Assembly (NCBI RefSeq): GCF_037042905.1
Contig: NC_087255.1
Span: 21,700,001 to 21,764,000, forward strand
Direction of reading: 5' to 3'
DNA from: Lytechinus pictus
Lineage: Eukaryota
DNA length: 64,000 nucleotides
Shown: positions 22,363-34,141 of the stretch, piece by piece
Position numbering within the stretch: position 1 is the stretch's first letter
Layout of the letters: each line of letters starts with the position of its first letter
Position numbers and translations under genes: made by a program
Notes under the pieces: model-generated
Database searches by the model: none
What the model was told of the DNA's origin: nothing
The model's input: only the letters and a program-made list of their open reading frames with translations

Positions 22363-23345
22363 CAGTGCGTATCAAAAAAAAATTACACTTAGGAAAAATC
22401 CTGTAAAATTATACATTTGTAATATCCTGAAGATTTTTCCACATTTTATCATTGGTACAGATCCATTTAAGCATATGACGATATAACTGTCGAAAAATAT
22501 TTCCGCTTGAGTGAGCACCACTTACTTTTGAAAAGTAGGTGAAAAATGATTTGTGCAGAACTTTGAAATAGTTATGCGAATAAAAGCAGACCTTAATCAT
22601 GAAGAACATGTGGAATTATCTAGTAAAATTGATTTGAAGATATCTTATACCCCTTTTAACTTGTTTCCTTGCCCAAAACACTTCGAAGAGTGCATTGCGC
22701 CCCACCCAACTCCCCCACACACCGAGGCCATCGTGACGATATTTGCTTTACATTGAGCTGCGATTTACATAAAATGGCTTAGGCTTGATTTTCATTTTGT
22801 TATTCATTGTCAAGCTCGGGAAAAGTGTGGAGAAACAAGTATTAAATGAAAAATGAAATGTAAACCCACTTTAAATGATAAAAACTTAGTGAAAAAATGC
22901 TGGAGATGTCAGACATAAACTTTTTCAGATTCAGTTATGTCTTCAGATCCAGCTGGCACAAAAAGGGTAAAGGTTGCGCCTATTAAGTGTTGAAATTTCA
23001 ATTTGGGTGGCAAAATTGTTGCAAAATACTTGAATGTATCCGTTTTATTTCAATTGACTAAAAGTGCAAGGGAAATGTATGAGAAATGTTCCGCAGGGTA
23101 AGTTTGATTTTGCCCTTTCCCTTTGACACAGCGTGAAAATGAGCATTTCTGCGCAAACAGATTTCTGCGAGGTTTACAAAAATGGACAGTGCTCACTCAA
23201 GTGTAACATTCTGTCAAAACTTTTACTTTCATTGGATAGATGAGACCCAAATCCAAGATTATATGTGAAAAAATTACCCACATGTTGTATATTTTCAAAT
23301 TCCCAGGGCTTTTTCAAAGTGTAAACTTTTTTTTGATACGCACTG
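22363..23345. mobile_element. Tc1/mariner-type non-autonomous element (983 bp)
   Basis: TA|cagtgcgtatcaaaaaaa ... ttttttgatacgcactg|TA: perfect terminal IR with TA target duplication. No transposase ORF. Confidence 0.9.
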
Positions 23346-23486
23346 TATATTGTTTTTCAGTTAGAATGAAATAACACATTATTATGCTGTAATAGTATAT
23401 TAATTTGACCATAATGTTGCAGTTTTAAGGCTAATGTAATAATTTTGCACATTCTTATAATTGATTTTATATAGTTTTCTCCGTAT

Positions 23487-24545
23487 CATATGCGTAACTA
23501 CGGGGGGGGGGGGGCATGGGGGGCACGTGCCCCCCCCCCCCCCCATCGGCTGACAAAAAAAAACGGGGAAAAGGTTATATTATAATTATGTTATGTTTCA
23601 TTAAACAAGAAACATTTTTATCATAACTTTATGAAACATAATTTGCTCAGGGCCTACGTCTTTATTGTTCCTGGTGCTCGCATTGTCTGTTTAACGAGAT
23701 ATATAATCCTGTTGTACTAAAACCTCCCGTTTTCAAGTCAATATAAACCAAATATATTTCCTAGCACTTGAGTTATCATTGTTTTATCATTGTTTTATGT
23801 AGTGACATATGCTTCTTTTTCATGACTCAAAAAGTGGTTGCCCCATGTTAAGGTCGTCATATATATGAAACATTTCCTGTCCGTGATTACGTTCGCATTA
23901 GTGGATTGGTGAGATATGTCTGCTCTTCATGAATTCCTAAAATCAGTCCTTAAAATGTCCCTTCTGATGATCTAAATATCAAAAAATTTCAGTCCGCGCT
24001 TCGCGCGCGCATCATTTGGTTAATGAAATACGTATGGTCCTAGTTAATTCCTACAAATAAACCTTAGAATGCCCCACTTATGCAATATTTGATAAGTGAG
24101 ATGCGTATGATAATCATGATTGCAATGACTACAAAAAGTGTTTCATGTGTTCAGATGTAATTCTAATGAAATCAGCAAGCGCTTGGCACTCGCATTAGAT
24201 GACTATGGTGAGATATGCATATACTCTTGATGGATTCCTAAAATATATTCCTTAGAATCTCGCTGTTTGGGGTCAATATATACAAAAATTTCAGCTCCCG
24301 CTCGTATTGTTTAGCGAGACAGGTACCTATCATGATTACACAAATTTGATTATAATGTCCCTTTTTAGGTGTGAATATAAAAAAAATTCAGCTCGCGCTT
24401 GCATTATTTGATCAGTGAGATACATATCCATTTAATGACATTGTCCTTAAAATGTCTCTATTAGGTCAGTATAACTGGCAACTGAGCTATTCAAAAATTT
24501 TGCTGGTGCCCCCCCCCAATGCCGTGACCCACGGTACGCCACTAC
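23487..24545. mobile_element. hAT-like non-autonomous element with poly-G/C subterminal arms (related inverted fragment at ~40660-41160)
   Basis: Ends catatgcgtaactacggg / cccacggtacgccacta. Repeated 'tttcagctcgcgcttcgcgc' modules appear in reverse at 40.7-41.1 kb. Confidence 0.6.
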
Positions 24546-25680
24546 TACATATAACCTTTGTATAGAGAAGTTACTAAGTGACTATAGAATTGGGGTAACA
24601 TTTGTACAATATGGAAAGCCAGATTTAAAGAAAAAAAATCACAAGAGCAATTGTCATTGCATGTCATCCCCCGAATTCAGCGTGCATACAGTTAAACGGC
24701 TGAACACGCCCTTCGTATAAAACTGAAAACAAAAATACTGCATTACAACTTATTTGTTCTAACCAAATTCAGAATGATCTTTTTTGTGAGAATGTCTACC
24801 TTATATCTATTCAAAGTATATTTTGGTTTTATATGATCTACTATTCTATCTTGGAAATGGGAAATTCAAAAACACATTTTTGAGTGAATTTTTCCTCAAA
24901 ATTGTGGAGAAAATGAAAAAATCTTGCCAATTGTTTCAGTCATTCCCCATAAAAGTAAGTACTTTTTATCATCCATGAATGACTTTGCACTTACGATGAA
25001 AAATTCCATTATTCATTTGTACTTTTTCACACATGATGAAAAATCTCAATTAATCTCTATACATCTGATATGTTTAAATTCATTTTGGTTGTATGATTAA
25101 GTCGACTGATATATTTCGCGATATTTAGATTACTTACATGACTTGTATAACGACTGGATACCCAAGATCAAGTGGTTTTTTATTTCTCATATGTTTCAAA
25201 ACAAAAATAGAATACAATGCAACAAAATATCGAGGTTCAATATAGTCCTACATATTTTAACATGATAATAAGGAGATAAAAATATGAGAAATGAGGAACC
25301 AAACGAGCTTGTCCCTCGAGGATTAAATACGGTCTATGAATTATGAAGTCAAACTAAGATTGTAAATATGACAAATTGACATTACTCCATCTATATTGAT
25401 CTAATTTATGCAGAATTGTTCAAAAATCTATATGATGTATAGACATTTGACTTCTCTGTGGACATTGAGTTTTTTATACTTATTTTTGGATACTGATTTT
25501 GCCTAGTACAAATTTGGTTTCCGTATTAAAGTTGAAAAATAAATAACTTCCATTGAACGGACATTCGATATAGCCCAGTAAATTCACTTTATTCATGTAT
25601 ATGAGGATATTGGTCTTTATGACTACCTAATATGACGCTTGCTGCGACACGGTGGACATTTTCCTAAAACAATGCTCGCT

Positions 25681-25770
25681 GATTGGTTCAATCAGTTTGT
25701 TATTTTTTTTCGGGAAATTCACTGAGGACGAATTTTTACCATACTCATAGCATAAAACGATATAAATACA
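25681..25770 (+). promoter_or_regulatory. Candidate core promoter of the Cys-rich membrane protein gene (inverted CCAAT plus TATA box)
   Basis: gattggtt at 25681 and TATAAATA at 25761, ~225 bp upstream of the ATG at 25987. Confidence 0.45.
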
Positions 25771-25986
25771 CATTCAGATGGCCCAGATATCATTTTAAGA
25801 AGAATCTGATCAAAACAAGTTCAAGGATATGATCTGCAACTCTTTCACAGAAAATTTTGAACGAAACTCATTCCGAAATTCAGATGAAGACTTACTTTAG
25901 GCCTAGATAGCAGCATTCATCACTCGATCTAGGATTCATTTTTTTAAACATTCTGTATTCATAATTTGATCTGTCACTGTGTAACA

Positions 25987-28967
25987 ATGTTGATTTGGAA
26001 CGAGTACGTAACGAGGGCTTTGGTATTCATAATCTACCATGTTGGACTTTTGCACGCGATGGAACAAGGAGCTGTTGTGAGAAAACGAGACCTTGTTGTT
26101 GCTACGACAGGAAAACCCGCACCTTCAACTCCAGCTACCCCTACTTGTAAAATATCATCTTTAACACTTATCGGAGATGATACAGAATATTTTGCCTGTT
26201 GCGAGGGGACGACTCTTTCTGGATCACAAGTAAGTATAATATAACGTCGCGCGCATATTTTTTTCTTCATTTTGTGCTTCGGGTAAAAAATAAAGAAAAA
26301 AGTTGTGGACAACGAGAAAGCGAAGTGAGTGAGGTAATTACCAATGCGATTTTAGCTTTTGATAGTTAATTTAAATTGTTTGAATTGAAGAATCTAGAAT
26401 TCACACAGATTTTCTAAATATATTTTGAGATAGGCCGCTGTAAAAAGGTAGGTAATGAAAAATAAGTGAGATGATGGATGAGATAGAGGATGCACGGCCG
26501 TAAGCAGTAGGGAGTGGGGGGCGAGGGGGAAGCTACCCCACATACATTTTGAAAACGTAAATATTTATTGAAAATTTCACAAAATCAACCCAAAGGTTGC
26601 ACGGAATTCTTCAATTTTAGTTTAGAAAATGCAAAAGCGCCCCGTGCGACAAGCTTAGTCGCTTGACTCCCTCGCCTGAGGAATTTCTTAGGGAATTTAT
26701 TCTCAGGACTTTTAAACAGAGGGCCGTGGGTTCGAATCCCAGCCAAGATCTTCAGCAAGAAACTGATGCACACTGCGCTACACTCAATCCAGATGAGCAG
26801 GTATTTATTACATGATACGCTTGAGCGCGTAACAGTATCTCGGCGAAATCCATCAGGGAAAATTTGCAGCATATTGGGAAGAGAGTGCTTATAGACTTAA
26901 GGCGCTATATAAGCAAGTATATAATTGTTATCAATCATTATTCAATTAAGATACAAATAATTTTCTTTAAAAACGATTTGGCTGCCCCACCAATACAACT
27001 GTAGGGGGCGGGGTCAGAATGAATTCTTTTTATTGTATTTTCGTCACTTTAGGCATGTCAGGACATGTATATAGACAAAAATGAAGAAAAAAAAACAGAA
27101 ATGCAGGGGAAAGTGGATTGAACAACAGCGAAATAGTACGAGAGAATGAAATTTAAAATTCCGATGTAGGCCTTATATACGGTTTCCAGCATGTTTTCAT
27201 AACAAATCATTACATCATACGCCAAAAATATACGACCATGCAACTGTATTAAATTACATGGTTTTTTTTTTGTATTTCCTAACGTCAACCACATTTCCGG
27301 CACAACAGAAAAGTATGATTATTCATCATGACCCAAAATGAATCAAAGTCCTTTGCAGCCCAATGACTTCACAAAAATAATCACAAACTTCTAATTTCAA
27401 TTTTATATCTCAATATATGAAGAGCTTGATTCCAAAAGGAGCTAAATCCACTTTTGACCAAAATTGATTTTTTGACACAAATATAATCCTAAACGTGGGA
27501 ATCAAATGCAACATATCGCATTTGAAAAAAAAAAAATGTAAAGGTTGGTTAAAATTGATTGCAAATTTGAGTTTTGTTCCAAAAGGAGCTAAATCCAAAA
27601 TAGTTTTGTTCCAAAAGGAGCTTAATCCACCATACGGTTATTTTCCCCATTTTACATAAATTTATGCATTCAATTATATATATTCTTTGAACTGTTAAAA
27701 TATTATTATACAAAAAACCCTAACAATTCCATTTAACTGGACAATCACTTTCACTCTTTACGATATATACAGAAAAGATTAAATCGTGGATTTTTTTTCC
27801 TCTCGTGTTTATAGGAAGTCATAAACTGGGAATGCAATCCGCTGCGTTTGACCTACGCCAGACTAAACCAGAGTGAAGCCTTCTACTGTGGGGGAATCAG
27901 CGGTGAAGAAAATGCCAGGAAAAGGTAAGTAACATAACCGTATTATTATTTTCCTGTTATTGTTATCAATATTTGATCATGTTTTTGTTGTATTTTACTA
28001 TATGTGATGTGATTTCCTACCAATTCAGCTTTGGGTTGCCATGTGCTTGTACCTATTCAAGTTCAAGTTCAAAATATTAAACAGATGAGTGTCAACTTGA
28101 CAATAATCGGTGCATTGCGGCGGGTTTACAAGATATAGGCCTACATTACAACTTAAAAATGAGCGCACCTTTATCAGTATATCTTTATGATTGTCTTGCT
28201 TGTACGCTTCGGCGATTCTGAATTTATGTCATTTAATATATATATATTCACCTTATTTGATTTAATTGACTATACTTAACAACAATATTCACATGTTTAC
28301 AGGTAATTAACGAAACATATCACAGGAAAGTTATACATACATTACAAAATGAAGCCTTAATGTAGATAGTAAATAGGACCAGGAAATAGCACAATTGCTA
28401 GTTATGCTCGGCCCCACCTGCCAACTATAAAACTAAAGCAAGATCAAAAACATAAACAAAACAAAAAGTCAGTCGCGATGTAACTTATTCAATAAAACAT
28501 AACAAAATTACAGTATGTAATACATTACTTTTTTAAAGAATCGATTAGAATTTTATCAATTTAATTTCAAATGGTACTTTACTTAAGAAACATTTCCTAG
28601 AAAAGAAATGCATAATTATACTACCACTACGCTATCAGAGCCTTGTGGAAGACCAGTGATTTTTATGAACATTTTTATTGTACATAATATTGTATAATTT
28701 GACATATTTTTTGTATAAAGCTGGACAGGAATCTCTGGATAAAGATTTGCAATAAATAAAATAAATAAATCATTGTTTTTATAATTTTTTTCCTGTGATA
28801 TGACTCAACAGATGCGATGCAAGATGGGGATGGCTCACGGATAAAAAGTGCTTCCAGTGGACCGAATGTTTCAAGGAAGTTTGCCAATTCGAAGCAGAAA
28901 TGAGAGGGTATGTTTTATCTCTTTAACATTTTTCTTCTAAATTTCTCGCCAAGCGCCCCCTCCTCTC

Positions 28968-29002
<35 letters not shown>

Positions 29003-30363
29003 ACCCCCTTCTCTGTCTTCCTCGTGATGTACCATAGATACACCAGAAAACGAATTCGATTTTTTTTCTTTAAGTGCAGAATTCGATTAATCAAAATGTC
29101 TTTGAATTCAAATTTATGTACATTTATGTACATCTAAATCTTCATCTTCTCAATCTCAGTCTCAATCTTTTGTATTCATTTTATTACTGTATTTTGTACA
29201 CTCTTTGGTTTTTTCGAAAGCTCTTTTATCAATTGAAACTTTTTATAATAATAATAATAATATAGGGTATTTATATTGCGCACATATCCACCTTGTTAGG
29301 TGCTCAAGGCGCTCTTATATTACCCGGCTAAGCTAGGCGTTCATAGCGCACACAGCTTTTTAAGGAATTACTTCCTACCGGTACCCATTTACCTCACCTA
29401 GGTTGAGTGCAGCACATTGTGGATCCGTTTCTTGCTGAAGGAAATTACGCCATGGCTGGGATTCGAACCCACGACCCTCTGTTTCAAAGTCCGGAGACTA
29501 ATCCACTGGGCCACAGCGCTCCACATTATTATTAGTATGAGTGAGGCTCCATGACTTGTGCGCACTTACAGATCATGACTTGTGTGAGGGAGTTAACTGA
29601 GCCGAGTGTGATGGTTTCATGACATGTGCTCTGGCCACAATTGCCCGCTCTAAATTAATCTGTCTAATAATAACGAAGTCAATATTTTTTTATACGTGAC
29701 GTCATATATGCGATCAGCTCCCCCTTATCATGTAATAATTTATGAATATTACAAATTTTATTCCTCAAATGTAACATGATGACTAAAATGTTTTTCGTTT
29801 AGAAATGGGTGTGAAATAATGGTTTGATGATTATATTATCCAACCCACAAATAAAATCAACTTCATTTTCAAAAGGAAATTACATGTCTAAAAATTTCCT
29901 CTGTAACGTCACAAAATCAAAAGTTAATGATTCATCACTTCGTCATTCTTTGGAAGATTTTCATCAAACCTTTACCGATATTTTTCTCAAATTTTCATCG
30001 TCAAATGATCAAATCTTGATGACACTCAAACTTCTCTTGTCCTCCCGCAGGTCATCGGCCGATGCCTCTTTCTGTGGCGATGGTCGCTGCGACCCCGCAA
30101 CCGAGTCGCACGAGGATTGCCCCACGGATTGCTGCCCAACGATCAACGATGAATGCTTGGTCCGTAACAACACCTGTCCCGAGCCGTGTTGCTCCACGTC
30201 ATCCTGCTGCATGGCACCGTACAGCGTCTCCAACATCTGGTTCATCATCATAGGCTCTGTCGTCGGGGTTATCTTTCTAATAACCGTCTGTTGTTGCTGC
30301 TGCTGCTTCTGTTGCGTTAGGAAATGCTTACGACACGCCAGGTCGTCTTCAGAAGTTGTATGA
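25987..30363 (+). CDS. Uncharacterised cysteine-rich type I membrane protein, 253 aa, 4 exons
   Basis: Exons 25987-26229, 27815-27924, 28812-28907 and 30051-30363 (TGA), GT-AG, phases 0/2/2 consistent, 762 nt. Signal-like N-terminus, VRKR site, 20-Cys ectodomain including FCGDGRCD..ESHEDCPTDCC, TM segment IWFIIIGSVVGVIFLITV, Cys-rich tail. Confidence 0.88.
26700..26915 (+). mobile_element. Degenerate tRNA-derived SINE
   Basis: ggactttt aaacagagggccgtgggttcgaatcccagcc...cttcagcaagaaactgat matches the 11761/29246 family. Confidence 0.7.
29246..29522 (-). mobile_element. tRNA-derived SINE, full length
   Basis: Near-identical to 11761-12030. A and B boxes and (ATT)n tail. Confidence 0.9.
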
Positions 30364-31413
30364 ATCAAAGCCTGCCGTGGATACTGCATGATTGAACTTT
30401 ATACAGAACAGTTTAATATGACGTCACAGTGGAGGGCATAACAATGGAAACCTAAGCATTAGACCATTATGAACAATGATTTATCAAGGTTTAATAGACT
30501 GGTTTTTTAATTTTAATGTTTGCCCTCCAACACGTCTGCTTCTGAGAAAGGTCGATATTCGAGTAATAGTATCGAGTTTTTGCATTTGAAACGGGGACGG
30601 ATTTCACAACATAGTAAATCTATTGAAAATACCCGCCAAATCAAAATGAACGGCTTAGGGGTCTTTGTCGAAAAGTGGTGAACCGGGACCGCGGATCGTC
30701 CAAAGATTCGGAGCTGACGAAAAATTGCAAAAATATGTCGTTTGTAAAGAGTCACGGACGACACTGCTGTTTTGATTCACCAATTGTCGACAAAGGCTGC
30801 TTTGTCATGAAGGGCTTTGGGAAATAGATTCTCAGCGTTCCAGAAAGTGTCCGCGTAGTGTTGCGAAAACTCCCCATTGAAATTCATTCACTACCTCATT
30901 TCTGATATATAGGTCATGGAAGGCAAGTTCATACCCACCCGTAACTAGGCCATTCTAATAAATGGATGTTTCATGGAATCAGACCTATATAGGTACATGG
31001 AATTCCATTGTTATTATTGGGATATTAACGAGTTATTGTTGAATAAACTACAAAACAGTACATAGGCTAGTTGTTTCGTACGCATCTGACAGGCTTCCAG
31101 GTGATCAAGGACAAATTTATTAAATATATTCTACATGTATAACAAGTATGTTGGTTATAGGTTGTCGTTTTAACAAGTATGTTGCTTGTTGGGTGTACTT
31201 TGTGGTTTAAAAAGTATGTTGGTTATTTGTTGTTGGTTGTAAGTTGTTTTGATGGGAATGTGGAGGCAGAATCAGGATTTCATTGGAGGGGTCACACAAA
31301 TATGTTTTTACTGATAATCATAAAAGAATAAAGAGGTATTTTCACTAAACAAAAAGCTTCATTTCTAGTGAAAAATGTAATGAAAAAATATATAATAACA
31401 ACAACTATGAACT

Positions 31414-31800
31414 GGAGCGTTGTGGCCCTATGGATTAGTCTCCGGACTTTGAATCAGAGGGTCGTGGGTTCAAATCCCAGCCATGGCGTTGTTTTCTTCA
31501 GCAAGAAATTAATCCACATTGTGCTGCACTCAACCCAGGTGAGGTGAATGTGTGTGTGCATTTGAGTTTTGTCAGACGTGTTTCAATCAGATATGATTAC
31601 GTCTGGGACCGACCTTTAACGTCACCATCCGAAAGACGTGACCAGGGCTCGAACCTCGAACCTCTGCATCAATTTGTAACTTCCCCACATAGCTTGGATT
31701 ACAGGCGCACGCCACAACGCCCAGTTGAGGCGAATGGGTACCTGGCATCATTATTTATTCCTTGAAATGCCGAGCGCTGTAAAGGCTGCTTGAGCTACAG
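31414..31800 (+). mobile_element. tRNA-derived SINE interrupted by a nested insertion
   Basis: ggagcgttgtggccc...gggttcaaatcccagccatggcg...caacccaggtgaggtgaatg [insert] gggtacc. It resumes exactly as in the family sequence. Confidence 0.85.
31551..31725 (-). mobile_element. Candidate 7SL-derived SINE (SINE1/Alu-like head + B box + Deu/Nin-like core + CA tail)
   Basis: 11-bp TSD tgaggtgaatg (31540-31550) / tgaggcgaatg (31726-31736). The minus strand begins ACTGGGCGTTGTGGCGTGCGCCTGTAATCCAAGCTA, matching the 5' Alu domain of 7SL RNA. Confidence 0.8.
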
Positions 31801-31829
31801 CCTCTATAGGAGCTTCCAAAGGACTTTGA

Positions 31830-32047
31830 TAATAACACTGGGTTTAGCCTGGTGGCCTGTTACAGTGCACACGTACTTCAAGTAACTAATTCCTACCAGG
31901 TACTCATTTACCTCACCTGGGTTGAGTGCGGCACATAATTGTGTTTTTCTTGAATTTCTTGCTGAAGAGAATTACGCCATGGCTGGGATTCGAACCATGA
32001 TCCCCTGATGCAAAGTCCGAAGACTAATCCACTGGGCCATAGCGCTC
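31830..32047 (-). mobile_element. tRNA-derived SINE (tail-to-tail with the 31414 copy)
   Basis: ctcacctgggttgagtgcggcaca...ccatggctgggattcgaacc...agactaatccactgggcca. Confidence 0.8.
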
Positions 32048-33087
32048 TGGTAAATCACACCAAAAGGGAAGGAAATCTTCAACCATTTCTTTCATTTTCT
32101 AAAGTTTGTTTTATATATGGGAGGGGGCGGCTGGATCGGTCCCTGTATGGAATTTTTGTGCCTTTTGAGCTACCACTGGACGTCAACAGATTACATTTGA
32201 TTACCTAACAACAATTGTCAGAAATAGAAAATATGAAACTTCTAAATATAATATGAAATTGAGAGTAAATGTTGATTGTACATTGTAACATTGTAACATA
32301 ATAAAGATGAATATTGTATTTATATTTTCATTATGATCTAGGTCTAAACGGCTCATTTTTTATTTATTTTAGTAATGCCGAAAACACACACAAAAAGTAA
32401 TCATGCGCTTTGAACGACACTTTATCACAATCAATAGTTCATTTTACAACGATCCCAAGACAAAACAAACATAAATCATTTTAAGTTAATTGGTTATTTA
32501 ACAACGAATTCAATGCGAATAAGTATAAATACGATTATAAAATGGGAACCATGTAGTTTATAAAACTATTAAAATAGAGCAGGCAACATGTTGTCACATG
32601 TATATTTTGCTACAATATACATATATATATCTGATGTAATAGGGTCGATACATAGACACGAGTACGAAACTAGAAACAACAGACTTTTCTCTATAATCTA
32701 GCATTTACATGATTTAGTCGCTGAACATTAAAAGGAGCGGGCAAAAAAATGATAAATATCCACGAACATAATATTATATTAATCATCTGACAACAATGCA
32801 CGATTTTATGCTTTACTAATTCCATAGTCATGATAGGCTGACATGATCGATGTGCATTTCATTCTTTTACCACGAAGTCATTACTTAATCATGTTAATGG
32901 CTATATCTTTAAAGATGACTGCGTCCCTTGTTACCAGGGTCACGTGACTCTCATTGGTGGAAGTATGAACGTTCATGGTTGGTTGGATGACGAGAAGAGG
33001 ATAAACAGTGTAAATGTTCACTTACATTTGACGTACATGTATCAATAAAAGAGAGGCCAATGTAAGGAGGTGTAGAGTTGTACGGTA

Positions 33088-33352
33088 TAGAGGTGTGGCT
33101 CAGTGGATAAGTCTCCGGACTCTGAACCATAAGGTCCGGGATTCGAATCTCATGGCAGCACTTGCATCCTTTGACAATGCGCATATCTTCATTTGCCCCC
33201 CTCCACCCAGGTGTAGTAAATGGGTACATGGTAGGAAGAAATTCCTTGGATGCTCGAGCGCCCGATAATGATAGCCGTGTTAAAGCCGGGTTAATAGTAT
33301 GTAACACTTATTGTATAAAGTGCTATATAATGTCGACTATTATTACTATTAT
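33088..33352 (+). mobile_element. tRNA-derived SINE, different subfamily
   Basis: tggctcagtgg A box, gattcgaatc B box, ccacccaggtg..aaatgggtac core, agtgctatataa plus (att)n tail. Confidence 0.75.
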
Positions 33353-34141
33353 TAAAGAGAGAGGGGGAGGGGGCAAGGGGGTACAGGGGAGTATAGTTGA
33401 TAGATAAAGAGGAAAGTGAGACACATTGGGAGTTAGATAGAGAGAGAGGGGTGGGGGTGGGAGCAGGATAAAAGTTTTGAGTTTTGAGAGATATAAAAAG
33501 GTAAATAGGTAGTTAAATAGATATATATACACAGAGAAAGAGACAGAAAATGGGAGGGACTCAGGTAAGAGAGGGAGAGCGAGGTAGTGGATAATAAAGG
33601 TGAAGGCTGATGGAGGGAGGGATATAGTGAGCTGCTGATGAGAAAAGCTGCTGAGCTCGCTGAAACATCCTGAGCGAATTCGACGCGGGATGAGAAATAG
33701 CTAATGCCCGCCCAAACGCCAATTGACGGGACCGTAAAACTTCAGCGATCGTCTGCTTCACTATTGCTCACATTTCTCGAATGAAGTCATCCAGGGCACT
33801 ACGCCTCTCTTCATATTTTGTCCTCCATGGCAATACCAACTGACGCAGCTTCAACTTGGACGTCAGTTTTGTTGGATGACATTCATCGATCGACTTCTCC
33901 CTCCAAACTTGACGGCGGAGCAAAATTGATTTTTCCTCTGGCCTTTGACGTGAATGCATTATCGAAGTATCTCGTGGACAGTCATGCAAGCGTCTGAAAC
34001 CAAAATGTGTTTTTCATTCCTCCAGTTCGTGTAATCAAACAATTTATTCTTGAATATTCCGATCCGTAATGTGACAGACTTAGTAATTTGGAATTCGCAT
34101 TGACATTAAAACTCACATTTTTATCCTACCTACTGCGGAAA

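Noticed and set aside
29824-30050. N-terminal part of the 179-aa ORF
   Set aside because: Intronic, repeat-derived read-through. The real exon starts at the acceptor at 30050/30051.
31551-31725. A genuine 7SL (SRP RNA) gene or human Alu contamination
   Set aside because: Only ~47 nt are 7SL-like and there is no S domain or Alu body/poly-A. It sits TSD-flanked inside a host SINE.
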